Under the pieces are notes generated by a model. That model made no database searches. It was given only the letters and a program-made list of their open reading frames with translations, and was not told where the DNA came from. Made by a program: the position numbers and the translations under genes. A DNA stretch of 64,000 nt from Lama guanicoe (Eukaryota): positions 1,080,485-1,144,484 of the forward strand of contig MU053431.1 in assembly GCA_013239625.1 (NCBI GenBank), given 5' to 3'. Shown piece by piece: positions 36,633 through 49,519 of this stretch. Positions within the stretch are counted from its first letter, which is position 1, and each line of letters starts with the position of its first letter.

Positions 36633-36904
36633 TTTCCTTCAAAACAGATGGATGTGCCCTGCTCCTAACTTAGGAGACTTAACGTTGCAATGATGTCAGT
36701 TCCACCAAAATGTTTCTATTCATTCAGCCCCTTCCCAAGAAAAACCCCAGCGTGTTTTTCCTTTGCTTGTTTGTAGAAGGGTTAAGGTCTGGCTTTAAAT
36801 TTTTAGACAGACGTACAAAGGGCCAAGAGTAGCCCGGAACAGCACGAAGACGGGAGGCCCTGGTGCTCAGACATCAAGACAGGCGAGTAAACCACAGCAG
36901 CGTC

Positions 36905-37105
36905 CGCCAGCCTCACCGCCGTCGGCATCTGGGGCCCGATCGTTCTTGATGCGGGGCGTCCTGTGCAGTGTGAGATGCTTACCAGCATGGCTGGCCGCCA
37001 CCCGCCAGAAGCCAGCAGCACCCCACCCCCGTCTGCAACCAGCGCTCTCTCCTGTCACTGCCAAATGTTCCCTGGGGGCAAAGTTGCCCCATCGAGGAGC
37101 GCTGG
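36905..37105 (-). mobile_element. MER20-like DNA transposon nested in the L1
   Basis: gtcctgtgcagtgtgagatgcttaccagcat...gccaaatgttccctgggggcaaagttgcccc. Confidence 0.72.
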
Positions 37106-37313
37106 ATTACAGCAATTAAAGTGGTGCCGTCAGCTTGCAGAGCAAAAGGAGCAGAATGGGCAGCCCAGAAGACACACTCCATGTTTTATAAAAGCACCTT
37201 CATGGAGGTTTAACTTTTACACAACAAAACCCGCCCACTTCACGTATGCGACCTGACGAACCTTGTCAGAGGCACCCGGTGCCAACCCCAGACGCTCTGA
37301 GTGGTACTGGCCG

Positions 37314-37511
37314 CAGAGGCCGGCCAGCGACAGCCCGCAGGCCGCGTCTGACCTGCCACCTGCCTCTGCAGCCTGCACGCTAAGAATGGCTTCTGTGATT
37401 TTAAGTGGTTGTGTAAGTTCCTCTATTAATATCCTCGACTTTGCTTCTTGGCCTGCGATGCCTAAAATATGTAACCATCTGACCCTCTGACAAAAGGTTT
37501 GCCAAGCCCTG
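37314..37511 (+). mobile_element. MER58-like hAT DNA transposon nested in the L1
   Basis: Degenerate TIRs cagaggccggccagc / gtttgccaagccctg. Internal gctaagaatgg and cctaaaatatgtaaccatctgaccct. Confidence 0.72.
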
Positions 37512-38767
37512 CTTAGGACAGTGGAGGGAGGACCGCTTTCCATAAGAGATGCTGGGCCAGTGGGGCACCCTTCAGGGGACACTGAAATGACCCCCTGCCC
37601 CGCGTCACACCCCAAAATCAACCCGAGGCGGACTGCGAATCTGAGCAGGACGAACGGGACAATGCAGGAGGCACGGGGAGTGACGCTCTGGGGGAGCAGA
37701 CGTGCGAGGAGCGGGAAGGACAGGCACACGGGCAGGAAGACGCAAACGCGAAGTCCGGACGTGGAGGCGCGGGGCAGGGTGCACACCGCACACGGGGCCT
37801 CTGAGGAGGCTGCGCGGGGACCCTGCGGGACGTGGGGGGGCCTGGGGGCAGGCGTTCATTCTCTGATCATTCTGCATCTGTTCACTGGTGTTTGAAGCAC
37901 TTTTCCACGTGTCCTTTCTAAGTCACAATTTTAACGCACGTGGCAGGCTTCCTGGCTGGGTTTGGAGAGGCGGGGAGTTCAGAGGGGAACAACGTGAGCG
38001 GGAGTTCTGTCGGCAGAAGGTTCTAAAAACACAAAGGGCCTCCTTCAGAGTCCCGAGAAACCCTTACTGAAAGGAGCCTTGAAGCAAATCCCCGGAGGAC
38101 GGGCGCGGGGGGACCCCCTCATTTCCCGGTTCCGTAAATTTCATCTCTCCCGTGTCGGGGTCCCTCCAAGCGCAGCTGCCCTTGTCCCGTGTTCCAGCGA
38201 CTCTCCGTGGAGCTGGCGGAGCTGCCGGCTTCCCAGTTAGGTGAACCATAAAAACCTGGCAACTTCTCTCTTTGCCTTTCCTCTCTCAGCAACGATTTAA
38301 AGGCGGTCTTTTTGTGCATGGTACGAGCAGGGCTGGGATCTGGAGGAACATTTTTTGTGCTCAGTCTTGCAGGAAAGCTGATAGCAATTCAATTAGAAAA
38401 TGCAAATGAGGTCACATATTTCCCACGGGAGTGCTGAATTGCCCCTGAGGAGTCAGAGCAGTATTTCGGCCCAACGGTAAACACTGGATCTGGAGTTTCT
38501 CGCACCATCGTCATCAGACTGGCTGCAGTAGCGCTTTGCAGTGTCAGTGGGACCCATGGGGACACTTTGCAAGAAAGAGCTGTTGTTTATGAAGCTAATA
38601 TCGGGTCTCATGGTGCGTCAGCATCTATGAGTGACAAACCCAGCCGGCCCCTGCGCCGCGGTCACAGCCGGCCCCCGCGCTGCAGTCAGCGCCCAGGGGC
38701 TGGAGCGCGTCCTTCCTTGGAGTTTCCTCCTCCCAGGTGGCTGGGCTGACCTTTGCCCACTAGCAGT

Positions 38768-39078
38768 CCTATGTTGACCTCCTAACGCACAGTCCCTCCG
38801 AATGGGACTGGAGGGGAAGTTTGGACACAGACACACTCGCAGGCAGAATTCTGTGTGCAGATGAAGATGGAGGGTGAGGTGATGCTTCTACGAGCCAGAG
38901 GCTGCCGGCCACCCCCAGGGTCCAGGACAGAGCCAGCCCCTCCCACACGGCGCCCGGAGGCCAGCCCGGCAGACACCCGGATCCCGGGCTCTGGCCTCCA
39001 GAGCTGAGACCATGCACACCTGCTGGGGACGTCCCCCAGGCTGTGGTGCTTTGGGTCTGTGGCCCCAGGACACTCAGT
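38768..39078 (+). mobile_element. MLT1B/C-like MaLR LTR
   Basis: gggaagtttggacacagacac...gatgcttctacgagcc...tctggcctccagagctgaga...gtggtgctttgggtctgtggccccagga. Confidence 0.68.
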
Positions 39079-42000
39079 CTGCAGGGGAGTGGCCAGTGCC
39101 TTCCAGCGGAGGTAGGCACCCAAGCCCGGAGGGTGCAGACAGACCACCATGAAGCCCCCAACGGCGGAATGTGAGTCCAGAGCCGGGCCCCCGCCCAGCG
39201 CTCCAAATGCCTCAAGTCCTCTTCTTACTGCTGCTTGGGGTTCCAGTCCCGGCAAGGACAAATCTGGCCAAGACCTCGATTCTTCGAGCCCCGCTGCCTA
39301 TCACCGCCTCCTCATGGTCCGCCCCCGCGAGTGGGCAGGAGCCCATTGTGTTACCATGGACGCCCAGGTTGGCTACAGGACACTGGAATGGAGCAGGTTT
39401 GCTTGAGAAGCAATTCCTGATGTCCACCTGGTGACGAGGCCCCCAGGCGAAAGCTGGCCACGGGAGGAGAGCCCCTGTGCCCTGCCTCCCGGCATCGCCC
39501 GCCTCCGTGAGCGCCAGAGCGCTGATGCCCGTGCCTGAACCACCCCACTGCCGACTCGGGAGCTTTACCCAAGAGGGTCCACGGGGCTTTCCGTGTTCCC
39601 TTGAGAAAACACCAGAAGGTCTGTAGGTGGAGCCCGAGTGATGGAGTGTGCGTGTTGAGAAAGTAGCAAGATGGCTCTTATATGCTTTTCCAAAAGACGA
39701 CCTCAGTGTGACAGAAACAGCACCTCCCAAGAAACAAACCTCAGTGTGGTCGGCAAGCTTGCAGACCGCAGCCCACAGCACCTGCCCACCTTGGGAGGAC
39801 GGCGGCCGCGTTAGTGAGTGATAATGACCGCCACTCCTGCAAGGTCAGACGGTGCTGCCCACGTGGGCTGCTTCAGGCGCAGGCGTGACTGCCTGGGGGA
39901 CGGGACAGGTGTGTTTACTTCTCCACGTCAAGGACCCGCGTGGCTGGGAAGGAGGCCGCCGCCCTTCCAGCGTCCGAGGTCCCACGCCCGCCTGGCAGCC
40001 CCACACCGCCATGGGTGATCAGTAACAGGTCTCGGAGGGGAGCAGAGATCCCCAGACCAACTGCATCTCTCAGCTCTGCCGGCGTGAAGGGCGCGGGGTT
40101 ATTCTAACTGACGGAAGGTGCAGATGCTGCGGTTCTGGAGAGCAGCCTCTGGGCGCGGCCGCCTGCTGCTCTGGGGGAGGCGGGAGTAACGCGGTGGAGA
40201 AGGCCCCCCTTGGACGGCGTTTCCGGCTGCAGATGGCCTTGGCTTCCTTTGGCAGAGGGGAGGTGACGGGGCACCTGCAGCTGGCCCAGATCCCATGGCC
40301 CAGGGAGAAGAGCACCCCTCTGAGCTGTCCCAGTCGGGGGCGCTGCTTCGACGGAGACTTGAAGAGGGACAAGGGAATGAGGCCTCCCAAGGCCAGGTGG
40401 GGAGCAGAGGGGATGAGAAGGAGGGGCCACTGCCAGCCGGGGGGAGGGAGGGCAGCACAGATCCTGCCCCGCCTCGTTCCTGACCGCCAAGGAGCCTCCA
40501 GGACGACGTGCACAGTAGGGTGTCCTCCTAGGACTCTGGGTCCCACGAGTCAGAAAGATCCCCAGATGCTCCCTTGGTCACCGGGTGAGTGAAGACTGCA
40601 TGTCCCCGCTGGACACTTTCTGTTCTAAGACGGGAGGACACCGCAGGGACCAGTCCCACGAGGTGGCATCTGATGTGACCACCGAGCTGCAGCCACAGGG
40701 TCCACGCAGGGTAGGCTAGGGTGGGGGTGCCCGTCAGGGGGCTGGGCCAGGGAGAGGGCAGAGGCTGCTGCTCTGTCCTGGGCATCAGGAGGGCGACATC
40801 TGAATTGAGACCTGAAATGCGAGAAGCCAGCATCTGACAGGGGGAACCTCCCCCACCCCTGGTGGGGGTAGGGGACAGGGAGGGCCAGGCAGCCCCTGGT
40901 TAAGCATTTGCAGCTTAACCCAGGAGGGCTGAGGGTGGAGGATGAGAGGGGGAGGCTGCCTTTGCAGCCGCATGGGGTTGGCCAGCATGGTGCCCAGCCT
41001 GGCGCCCTGCCCGCTCCTGTGCCACCTCAGGCTGATCAGGGCTGGTTTGCTCGGTGGGATGGGGGCCCCCAGTGACCGGGCCGTGCTCCCTCTCCTACCT
41101 CAGGGGTCCATCATCCCTCACTGCTCTGGCCACTGTCCAGTCCCTGCCCCTGGACGTCCTGCCGCCTCCTGGATCCTAGCAGCTCCCTACCCTCAGCATC
41201 TCCTTTTCCTGGAAAAACAGAATCATCGGAGGGCAGGAGGCTGTCCCACCCCCCAAATCCACAGCTGTGCCCCCATGTTCCTACTGGGGTGACGACCTGC
41301 CACTCCTGCAGGACCCGCTCGGCCCCTGCTCGGGGCCACCCTCCAGCATTCTCCTCGTCTCTCCGGCACCACCTCCCCACACCCTCCAGAGCAGGGCAAG
41401 CCCGGCAACAGGGCGCAGAAAGGGAGGAAAGAAGGGAGGCCCTCCAGCTCCGCCCGTCCTGGCCGTCGCCCCACAGCCCTGCTCCCCTACATGGGGACAG
41501 TGGAGCCCCGGGTTCCAGCATGGCCCCGCTCTCCTGCCTCCCTCCTGCCCCAGGGCCTTTGCACCTGTTCCTGCTGCCCCTTCAACCCCCGCTGTTCCTT
41601 CAGACCAGACACAGTTGGCCCCTCCTCTTGGGGAAGACGTCCTGAGCTGCTCCCATCTCAGCCTCAGTCACAGCTGGTTCACGCTCTCCCTCCTGCTGGA
41701 CCTCGATGTCCCCACCTGCAGGCCGAGCTCTGTCACGGGGCCTCCCCAGCCTAGGCTCCTCCTGTCCTCCATCCGAGTTTGAGTGTGGGGGCGGGAGGTG
41801 GCCAGTCCTCGGGGACACGTGTCTCCTGGTGGCAAGTGAGCTGAGACCACCTGCCACCTCTCAGTGGGCGCGTGTGCTTGTGGGCGTGGGGGCTGCACGA
41901 CGCACGGGCACTGGTGGGTCTGTCCCCCACCCGCCCCCCAGGGTTTCAGGTTTAAGCATCAATCTGGTTCCAGTCGGGTCCTGTAGCTCGTGATAGGGGC

Positions 42001-42705
42001 TGGTGCGCGTGCGTGCGTGTGTCCATGAGTGTGTGCGCGTGTGTGTTGGCTGCCTTGTGGGGACCCCCCTCAGGAAGTGGGGTGGGGGCCGAGCTGCCCT
42101 CCTGTAGTTGTTGAAAGTAAAACCCAAACCAAGTTCCCCAGGTGCACGGCTGTGTGGTTCCATCCAAGGCCCTGGCGCCCATTTGATATTCAGTTAAAAA
42201 TAAACTTCTTGTTTCTGAAGATGTTGAAAACAAAAGCGATGTGGTCACGGGCACATTCAGCCACGAAAAGAGCCCCCAGCTGGGACAGGAGCACCTGTGA
42301 GCCCCACCCCCACTGGCCGGGCGCTGGCGGGGCCCTTCCCGCACCCACGGCACTGGGTGGACAGCAGTCCCTCTGTGAGGTGGAGCCTCCCCGGGACCTT
42401 CCGAGAGGAAATGGAATTGAAGTCCAGCTGAAGCCTGGGTGTCGTCAGACGCCCACCCTCATCCTCACCAACATCTTCCAGAAGCACCCACACCAACGAG
42501 ACCAACCATTTTTCTCACTAACTGACACCCATGTGAACACGTCCACTCAGTCCCACCACCACCAACTCCGGAAGAAAGAACTACACTCTGGCTTAACTTG
42601 CTAACTTAACTTTATTTTCTGTGATTGCGTTTTTTTCCCATAAACCCAAGAGTAATTAATTTCCTTTAAGTTGTTTCCAGCAAAGCATCATTGTCTTGAT
42701 TCTCT

Positions 42706-42895
42706 AGAGCAAGTTCTCACCAGGGCGTTCGGGAGAAGCCTAGAGACAGCTTGGGTAGTCACTGTGGGAGGAGGGGGTGCTCCCAGCATCGAGTGGGTGG
42801 GGCAGGGGTGCGCTCACACCTGCAAATGCGCAGGATGCCCCCCGCCGCCCGAGGCTGCCCTGGTTCCACATGCAGAGACCCTGGTCCAGAGCGGG
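42706..42895 (+). mobile_element. Degenerate MER20-like element
   Basis: gttctcacc...tagagacagcttgggtagtcactgtggg...gcatcgagtgggtggggcagggg...agagaccctg. Confidence 0.55.
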
Positions 42896-45800
42896 GGTGA
42901 CGGGGAGGAGCCGCTCAGGTGCTGGGCGTCCTTGCTGTGCTGGGGGCGAGGATGGCCGAGCAGCCTGGCCGGGCTCCTGCTGGTGGAGCACGCACACACA
43001 GGTGGGGAGGCCTGTCCAACATTTTGGAGTCTCCTCAATTTTCCGTGCATGACGGCGATCCTCACCGCAGCCCACGAAGCAGAGACGTGCGCATCCGTGC
43101 TGCTGTGGTTACCTGCGCCCTGCCTGCTCCGGTGCCACACAGGTGGGAGCATTGTCTTGTGTCTTCATTTTGAAGGGAGGCGATGCTAAAGGGGGCAAGG
43201 GGGTGTGTTCTGAGATATGTTAAGAGAAATGTGGTTTTGACGCTGCTTAGGAAGAACAGGAAACCTTCCCGCAAGACGACGTGATTGATACAGGTTGTCT
43301 CAGCTGTTCCCCAGGGCTGCTCCCGCCCTCAGCGTCCAGTGCCTGTCTGCTCGGGACGCAGTGGCGGTGGGTGTCAGGACCACAGCGTGCGGGTGGCATC
43401 CGCCCTCTGTGTCACTGCTCCCCTTCCGAGCCGAGGAGCAGAGAGGGGCCAAGGAGCATGGTCTGAGTTCAGACCCCAGCCCCCGTCACAGCTGCGTGAG
43501 CCCGGGCCAGCCAGGGGACCTCGAGCACCTCCACCTGCCCAGGTGTGAGCGAGCTCGGAGCCAGCCCCTCCCGCCCTGGCTGTCCGGCGTGCGGGCACAG
43601 AAGGCAGCAGGCACAGAAGTGTTGGCGCCGAGACTGCTTCCGAAAAGAGGCGTGAGGACTCAGTCGTGCCGTTTCATTCAGGAAACCTTTCTTTGCATGA
43701 TTTTTATGGGAATTTTCAGAACGGTCTCCCCACCTTAGAAGGGATCAGAAGTAAGAAACACCACAGCGCTCTGGGAACAGATAGAGCAGTGGTCTCCCCA
43801 TCAGTGTCTTGGATGTAAGGAAAGTCCACTAAGTGCCTTTTCAGAACCGAACTCTGGCAAATGCTTATCGAGAATGGCACCCATGCTCCATTTGGTGAAG
43901 AACAGAGATGTCTTTCTGTTGTTTTATTTTGTGTTTGTTAAATACCATTTTATTCTGTCCGTCCTTAGCTACCATGGAAACCAGCCAGGAGGCCGCAGAC
44001 AGAACCCTAGTTAAATATTTTAAATATACATGCCTGCAGGCAAACAAAATGTGCCATTTTTCAAATGTACATTGAAAGGGAGCTAGGAGACAGAGGAATG
44101 AACTATCTCTATAGATTTTGGTGCCTCTTTTTTTTTTATGAAATCTAATTGTTCTCAGTGAAAACCAGCCCTAGGTTTGACATTTCGGGGAGTGGGGCGG
44201 GGGGCGCTATTTCCTTTATTAAAGCGTGTTTAACCCAAAGCTGTAAGGAAGCAGCGAGGACAGGAAGGCAGGTGAATCCGAGACAGAGAGCAGAGTCGTG
44301 ACAGTGCTGTTTGGGGAATAAGCCTTTTGCAGCCTTGTTCCAATGTAACTAGTGCTCGTTCACAGTGCAGACAGGGACGTCGTTCCCCAAGGGTTTCCTC
44401 TGAGTACAGATCCACAGAATCCATGATCTGGAACACCAGGCTCTACGTCGTGTTTCACAGCTAGGGTGGGCCACCTGCTTCTCCCTGCGCCTCTCCCGTT
44501 ACCCGCTCGTGCAAACTGCACCCGGGCTTCTGCCGCTAAAGAAGCCTGTCCCTCAGCGTTCAGGGGCGCAGGGCGCCTCCCCAGGGAGCTGCGTCCTGGG
44601 CAGTGACAGCCGCGGTCGCACCCGCAGGCCTCCAGCGCCCTGATTAAGAGGCTTCCTCGCAGACGTCGGTGGTCACCCCGCCTGGCTACCACGTCCCTCA
44701 GGGAGCGACCTGAAACTTTCCCCATACATTTAGTTTTTCTCGAATCAGGAGGACTTGCGCTCATGCTGTCTTCTCCGAAGTGAGAGGAGTTTCAGGTGCT
44801 GAGGAGGTCAGCCAGGACCCGACCACCTCGTGGGGCGGCCAGTAGGGGGAGTCGCGCTGCCACCTGGGGCCGTGTCTTCACAGCTCAGGGCTCCTGGGCG
44901 CTGCTTAGGAACGTGCGCGGGATCTGAAGCAGTTCCTGCATCCCTGCTGCCTCTTGAGGGCAGCAGCTTCGGGGGAGTCACCTTCCCAGCGGAACGGCGG
45001 GGCTCACGTGGCCCGGTGCACTTTGCAGGGGCGGCCGGGAACCCACCTGCGGTGACCCGTGCTTGAGAACCCAGTTCCCTCCCATCGCATCTGCTCCAGG
45101 GCCCTGGGTCTTCACTGAGCTGCTCCCACCCTGGCCCGTCTGTCCCAGAGGCCTAGCCCACCTGTGCCCTTTCTCCAGCGCCCCCGTGCGTCTCGGAGGG
45201 AATTCCGCCCACGTCTACAGCACCAACAACGTTGGGTTCCCAGGGGCCCGGGAGCAGTCCCGCCATGCAGACCCCTGGGCCCCACCTGCAGAGCCTAATG
45301 TGTTGGGTCAGGAAGCTGTGCAGGGGGACCCGTCACTTGCCCTCCTATCACCAGGAAATGCAAACACCGTTTATTGCATGTTCACTGCGAATCGATTGAC
45401 ACCCACCTCAAACCAGGATGGCTGGGAAGGCGCTCAGGGAGTCTCTGCGTTGAAGGCAGACTGGATTATTTATGGTCCCCGTTCAGCCTCACTTCTGAGT
45501 GTTTGGTGAGTCAGCCCATTTGCTTAAAAGCCAGTGCTTCTGCTTGGCTCTTCATAACTGCGTTCCTACCAAGCAAGTGGTGGGACAACAGAAAAACACG
45601 ATAAATCATCCTTTTTGCTTGCGGGCTGGAGGAGGCGCGTGTGGTCAGCGTCTTCCCAACACGTTTTCTCTCCTCTTTTTTCTTTTTTTAAGAAAAGAAA
45701 GAAGAGAAGAGGCAATAATTTAAAACCTGCCCCGGGTCAGTTCCGCATTATTCATCTTTCGCTCGTGAACAGCGACGCGAGGGAAGTGGCCCAGCTTCCT

Positions 45801-46770
45801 CCCGGTGCTGAGGCGTCCCCACGACCTCACCCAGAAGCCGAGACGCTCACATCAGACACGCAGAGCAGCCCTGTTACGAGGAGAGCAGGACGGCGGGCCC
45901 AGCCCTGCTTGGGGAGGTGGAATTCAGGGCCTGGAGGGCGCAGAGCCGATGGGGTGAAAGCGCGTCGGGAGCCAGGGCGGGTCACTGCTGGGGTCCAGGC
46001 TCGGGCTGGGCGCAGGGGGAGGGCGGAAAGCGGTGTGGGCCTTACTGGGGGACGTCGTGCAGCCCCCCCGTGACTTCGGGGCCTCGGCCGTCCAGTGAGA
46101 CGTCCTGGTCCTTGTTCGCACGCCTCCCCGTCCTCTCGAGCCCCCCTCCCCGGCCATGTTCCAAGTGCGAGGGCTTCCCTTGTGCCTTGTCCCTGGGAAG
46201 AGGGCACGTCCGCCCGAGACTGGCCCAGAGGACCTGCCAGGAGAGAACCCAAGCCCAGAGCCGAGGCAATCTGGGAGGGTCTGGACCGCCGTCCTGGGCT
46301 CCCCAGACCCGCCACGTGCCGCAGCCAGCGCGGGGTTGGCGTTCTCTGGAGGGGGCCAGCCCCGGTGGCGGCGAAGCACGAGATGTGGTTTTATCCTCGT
46401 AAAGTCTATGTCCGGCGGGGCTGCAGCTCCACAATCCACCTGCCTCGCTCAGGAGCGGGACGGCTCACCTCCCAGGCTGAGGAGAGACGGCTCTGGCCTC
46501 CTGCCCACAGCCCCGCCGTGCCCCAGAGCACGGGGCTGCAGCCCCCGGCAGCGCACACGGAGGAGGCCCAGGGGCAGCACAGGACACACCCGAGGTGCCC
46601 GGCCTGGCAGCAGGACCCTGGCCAGGGCAGCGCCTCCCCTCTAAGCCGCCAGTTTACAGCAGTGTCAGCAGAATGAAGCCAACGCTAAGCACGACTGATT
46701 CAGGCCCAGTGGGGAGGCCGTCTGAAAGGAGAGGAGCTTTGTAAACAAAAGCTGATTCCGAAGCAGGCAG

Positions 46771-46928
46771 GGGAGGGTGCGGCTCAGGTGGGGGAGCCCA
46801 TGCTCCGCAGGCAGGAGGTTCTCAGTTCAATCCCCAGCGCCTCCTCCCAAAGTAAGTAAACCTAATTACCTCTCCCCCACCAAAGTAAAAGTATTAAGTA
46901 ATACGCTGAAATACTTTTTTTTAAAAAA
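46771..46928 (+). mobile_element. Diverged vic-1-like SINE with perfect 11-bp TSD
   Basis: gggagggtgcggctcag...gttcaatccccagcgcctcc...cctaattacctc. gaagcaggcag at 46760-46770 and 46929-46939. Confidence 0.85.
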
Positions 46929-47324
46929 GAAGCAGGCAGATTTAGGTCTTCACGAAGGAGCATCCGCCTCTGCGTAGCCTGTACCTGGCAGCCGTGTCCC
47001 CAGGCGGCTGGCGCGCCCCCACCCCCATCTGCCCCTTCTGGGAAAGTCTCCCTCTGCAGGCAGGGCTGACGTGTGTCCTGAGTGGTCCTGGCCCCTCAGG
47101 CGCCCCTGTAGGAACCCATCTGTCATGTCTTCCTGGGACCAGGGTTCCAAGGGGTCCCCAGGGCCAGCAGACCCCACCCCGACTCACCTAGCAGGACAGA
47201 GGCACGGGGGGGCTGTGAATGGATGTGCAGGGGCTGCGTCTGCCTCCACGCACCACACACCACCCCTCGTTCGGGGGCTGCTGGTCCAGCACCAACTGCT
47301 CGCTGGGGGTGGGCTCAGCCGATA

Positions 47325-47492
47325 CGTGATATACACACAGAGGGAGACACACAAAACATACACGTGTGTACACGCGTACATGCATGTGACATGCACACGC
47401 ATGCACCTACACAGGCATGAGTGTGTGCCCGTGCACGTGTCCATGTACACGTGTGCCTCTACGGGCCTGTCTGTGAACACGCACGTGTGTAA
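47325..47492. repeat. Low-complexity alternating purine-pyrimidine (CA/TG/TA) tract
   Basis: acacgtgtgtacacgcgtacatgcatgtgacatgcacacgcatgcac. Confidence 0.75.
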
Positions 47493-49519
47493 CTTTTAGC
47501 AACAGTAGGGTCAAGGTCACGTTCACATTCTTGCTCAGCTCTGTACCATCATTCACCCGGAAATACAGGAGGGGGCGCAAGGGGCAATCAGCAGCCGTGG
47601 TCTGTTAGGAAAGACTTCGGAGAGTAACCAGAGGCACGGCCTGTAATTAGTGTGACAGGCGCCCCGTCAGCCGGCGTGTTCGCGCGGGCCTGCCCCTCCA
47701 GGCACCGCGTCACCGTGCGCTCCTCCCCAGGGATGCGGGTGTGGCTTCCAGGCTGCAGCCAGCGCAGGTCTGGCATTGATCTTCGCCAGATCTTGTTACT
47801 ATGTTTGTCTCACAGCTTTAAAACAGTAGCAAGTAAGTGCAATTTATTTAAACAACACCGGGGAGATGAGCACCGTGCGAGCCGCCCAAGGCAGATGAGG
47901 ATGCAGGGCGGCTCCCCGCAAACTGCGTCTGAGGTTCGGAGGCTCAGGGGCGCGTCTCCGGGGCCCCAGCGTCAGTGGGCAGGCACGCTGAGCTCCCCAC
48001 GCCGCCAGCACCCGCCCCTGAGGCCGTGGTTCCCGCGCCCACCCCCCCAGCCCGCCCAGTCCCCTCTTGCGAGGCGGCCCTAAATGCAGACACGCTCAGA
48101 CACACCCCCAGCCCTTCTCCTGCTGCAGGAGCTGGGGCAGGTGACCCTAACTGCCTGTGAGTGAGGAGCCCCCGGCAAGGTCAGGCGTTTACCTGGAGGG
48201 CCCCCTACACACTGCAGGCTCCCCGGAGGTAGGAGATCTGGGTGGGACTCTGACACTTTGCATTGCCAGCCTGGAAGCTGACGCTGCCAGGACCTCAGAG
48301 ATGCCTCTCCGGGTCTGAGGTTTTCCCCGACGCCCCGGGGCCTCCTCGTGGCATGTCTGTTTCTGCCCAGCCCCCCACGCCCTGCCGTGAGGGCCCGTCA
48401 GGGGGATATGGCTTCACAGGCAAAGAGAACCCAGAAGTGAGGGGCCCTCAGCTGAGCTCTCCGACCGTGGGGCCCGACCCTGGCACTCCAGTCCTGCCTC
48501 TGCCTAGTGAGCTGTGTGGCCTGCAGAAGTGACTCAGCCTCTCCGAGTCCCCCAGTTGCCTCCCTGGTAAAGCGGGGATGGCCGTCTTGCTGCACCGGCC
48601 ACAGGGAGGACTGAGGCGGGACCGCGCAACGCTCGCTGTGCACAAGGCGCGGGCTGCCCCGACGCGTGCAGGGCAGTTGTCTGGGTCCCGGATGCAGGGC
48701 TGCGTGGCCAGGACTGTCCTGAACCCGGCTCTGTGACACTCATTGAGGAACCTGGAGAGGACCCAGCCTGGCACCAGGAGATGCAGGGCAGGTCGCAAGG
48801 CGGCGTCTGTCAGTTTGCCTCGGGCGGACGGTGGTGGAACATCCAGTTTTCGCAGACGTCCAGGCCGCGGGGTTCACACCCCGTGCATGGATCCCTCAGA
48901 TGCAGGACGGGAAGTGCCCTAGGGAAGCCTGGGGCTTCTAACTGCTGCAGACTGAAACGCAGGCGCTCAACACGGCCAGCAGCAGGGCCCCTGGTGGGGA
49001 GCGTCCCGGCGGGTCTCGTTGTACTGGGCCTTGTCCCCTGGCTTTGCCACTGATGTAGCCTGAAGTCTGGACATTCAGGACGGATGGAAGACTTTCTTTT
49101 TAATCAATTAGACAGCTCTGTCTGCATTTGTTTAACTTATTTCCATGCAACTTTTTGCACAAGGGGGTGGGGAAGGTTCTCTGTCCCCAGAGGGCAATGC
49201 TGAGACCACCAGGTCTGGAGCTAGGCTGGAGGGTGGGAACTCACCATGGTTGGAGAGGGCCAGCCTGCCATCAGATGCCACCGGCCAGCTGTGCCCTCTC
49301 CGCCATGGCTGTCCTGGTCCTCGGTCTGCCTCTGCCACGTGAACCCTCGTACGCTACTGGCTCTGAGACCTGGGAGCGAAATGAACTTCAACCGTGAAAA
49401 CAGTGCAGAGGTGGCTGGCGGGGGTGGGGAGGGGCCTTGAGAATAAACATGGAGGTGACGTATGCACAGACGCCACGTGGGCACATGAGTTCCGCAGGCT
49501 CTTTTAACTACAGAAGTTC

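Larger units (their letters stand above)
32365..37900 (+). mobile_element. Ancient, fragmented L1M (ORF1 and ORF2 relics) with nested younger elements
   Basis: A-rich plus strand. ORF1-like gcagattagacacagctgaagagagaattagc; ORF2-like cacatgatcatctgaata, aggcaagagaaggaaat and cacccaaaatcaacccgaggcgg. Confidence 0.78.
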
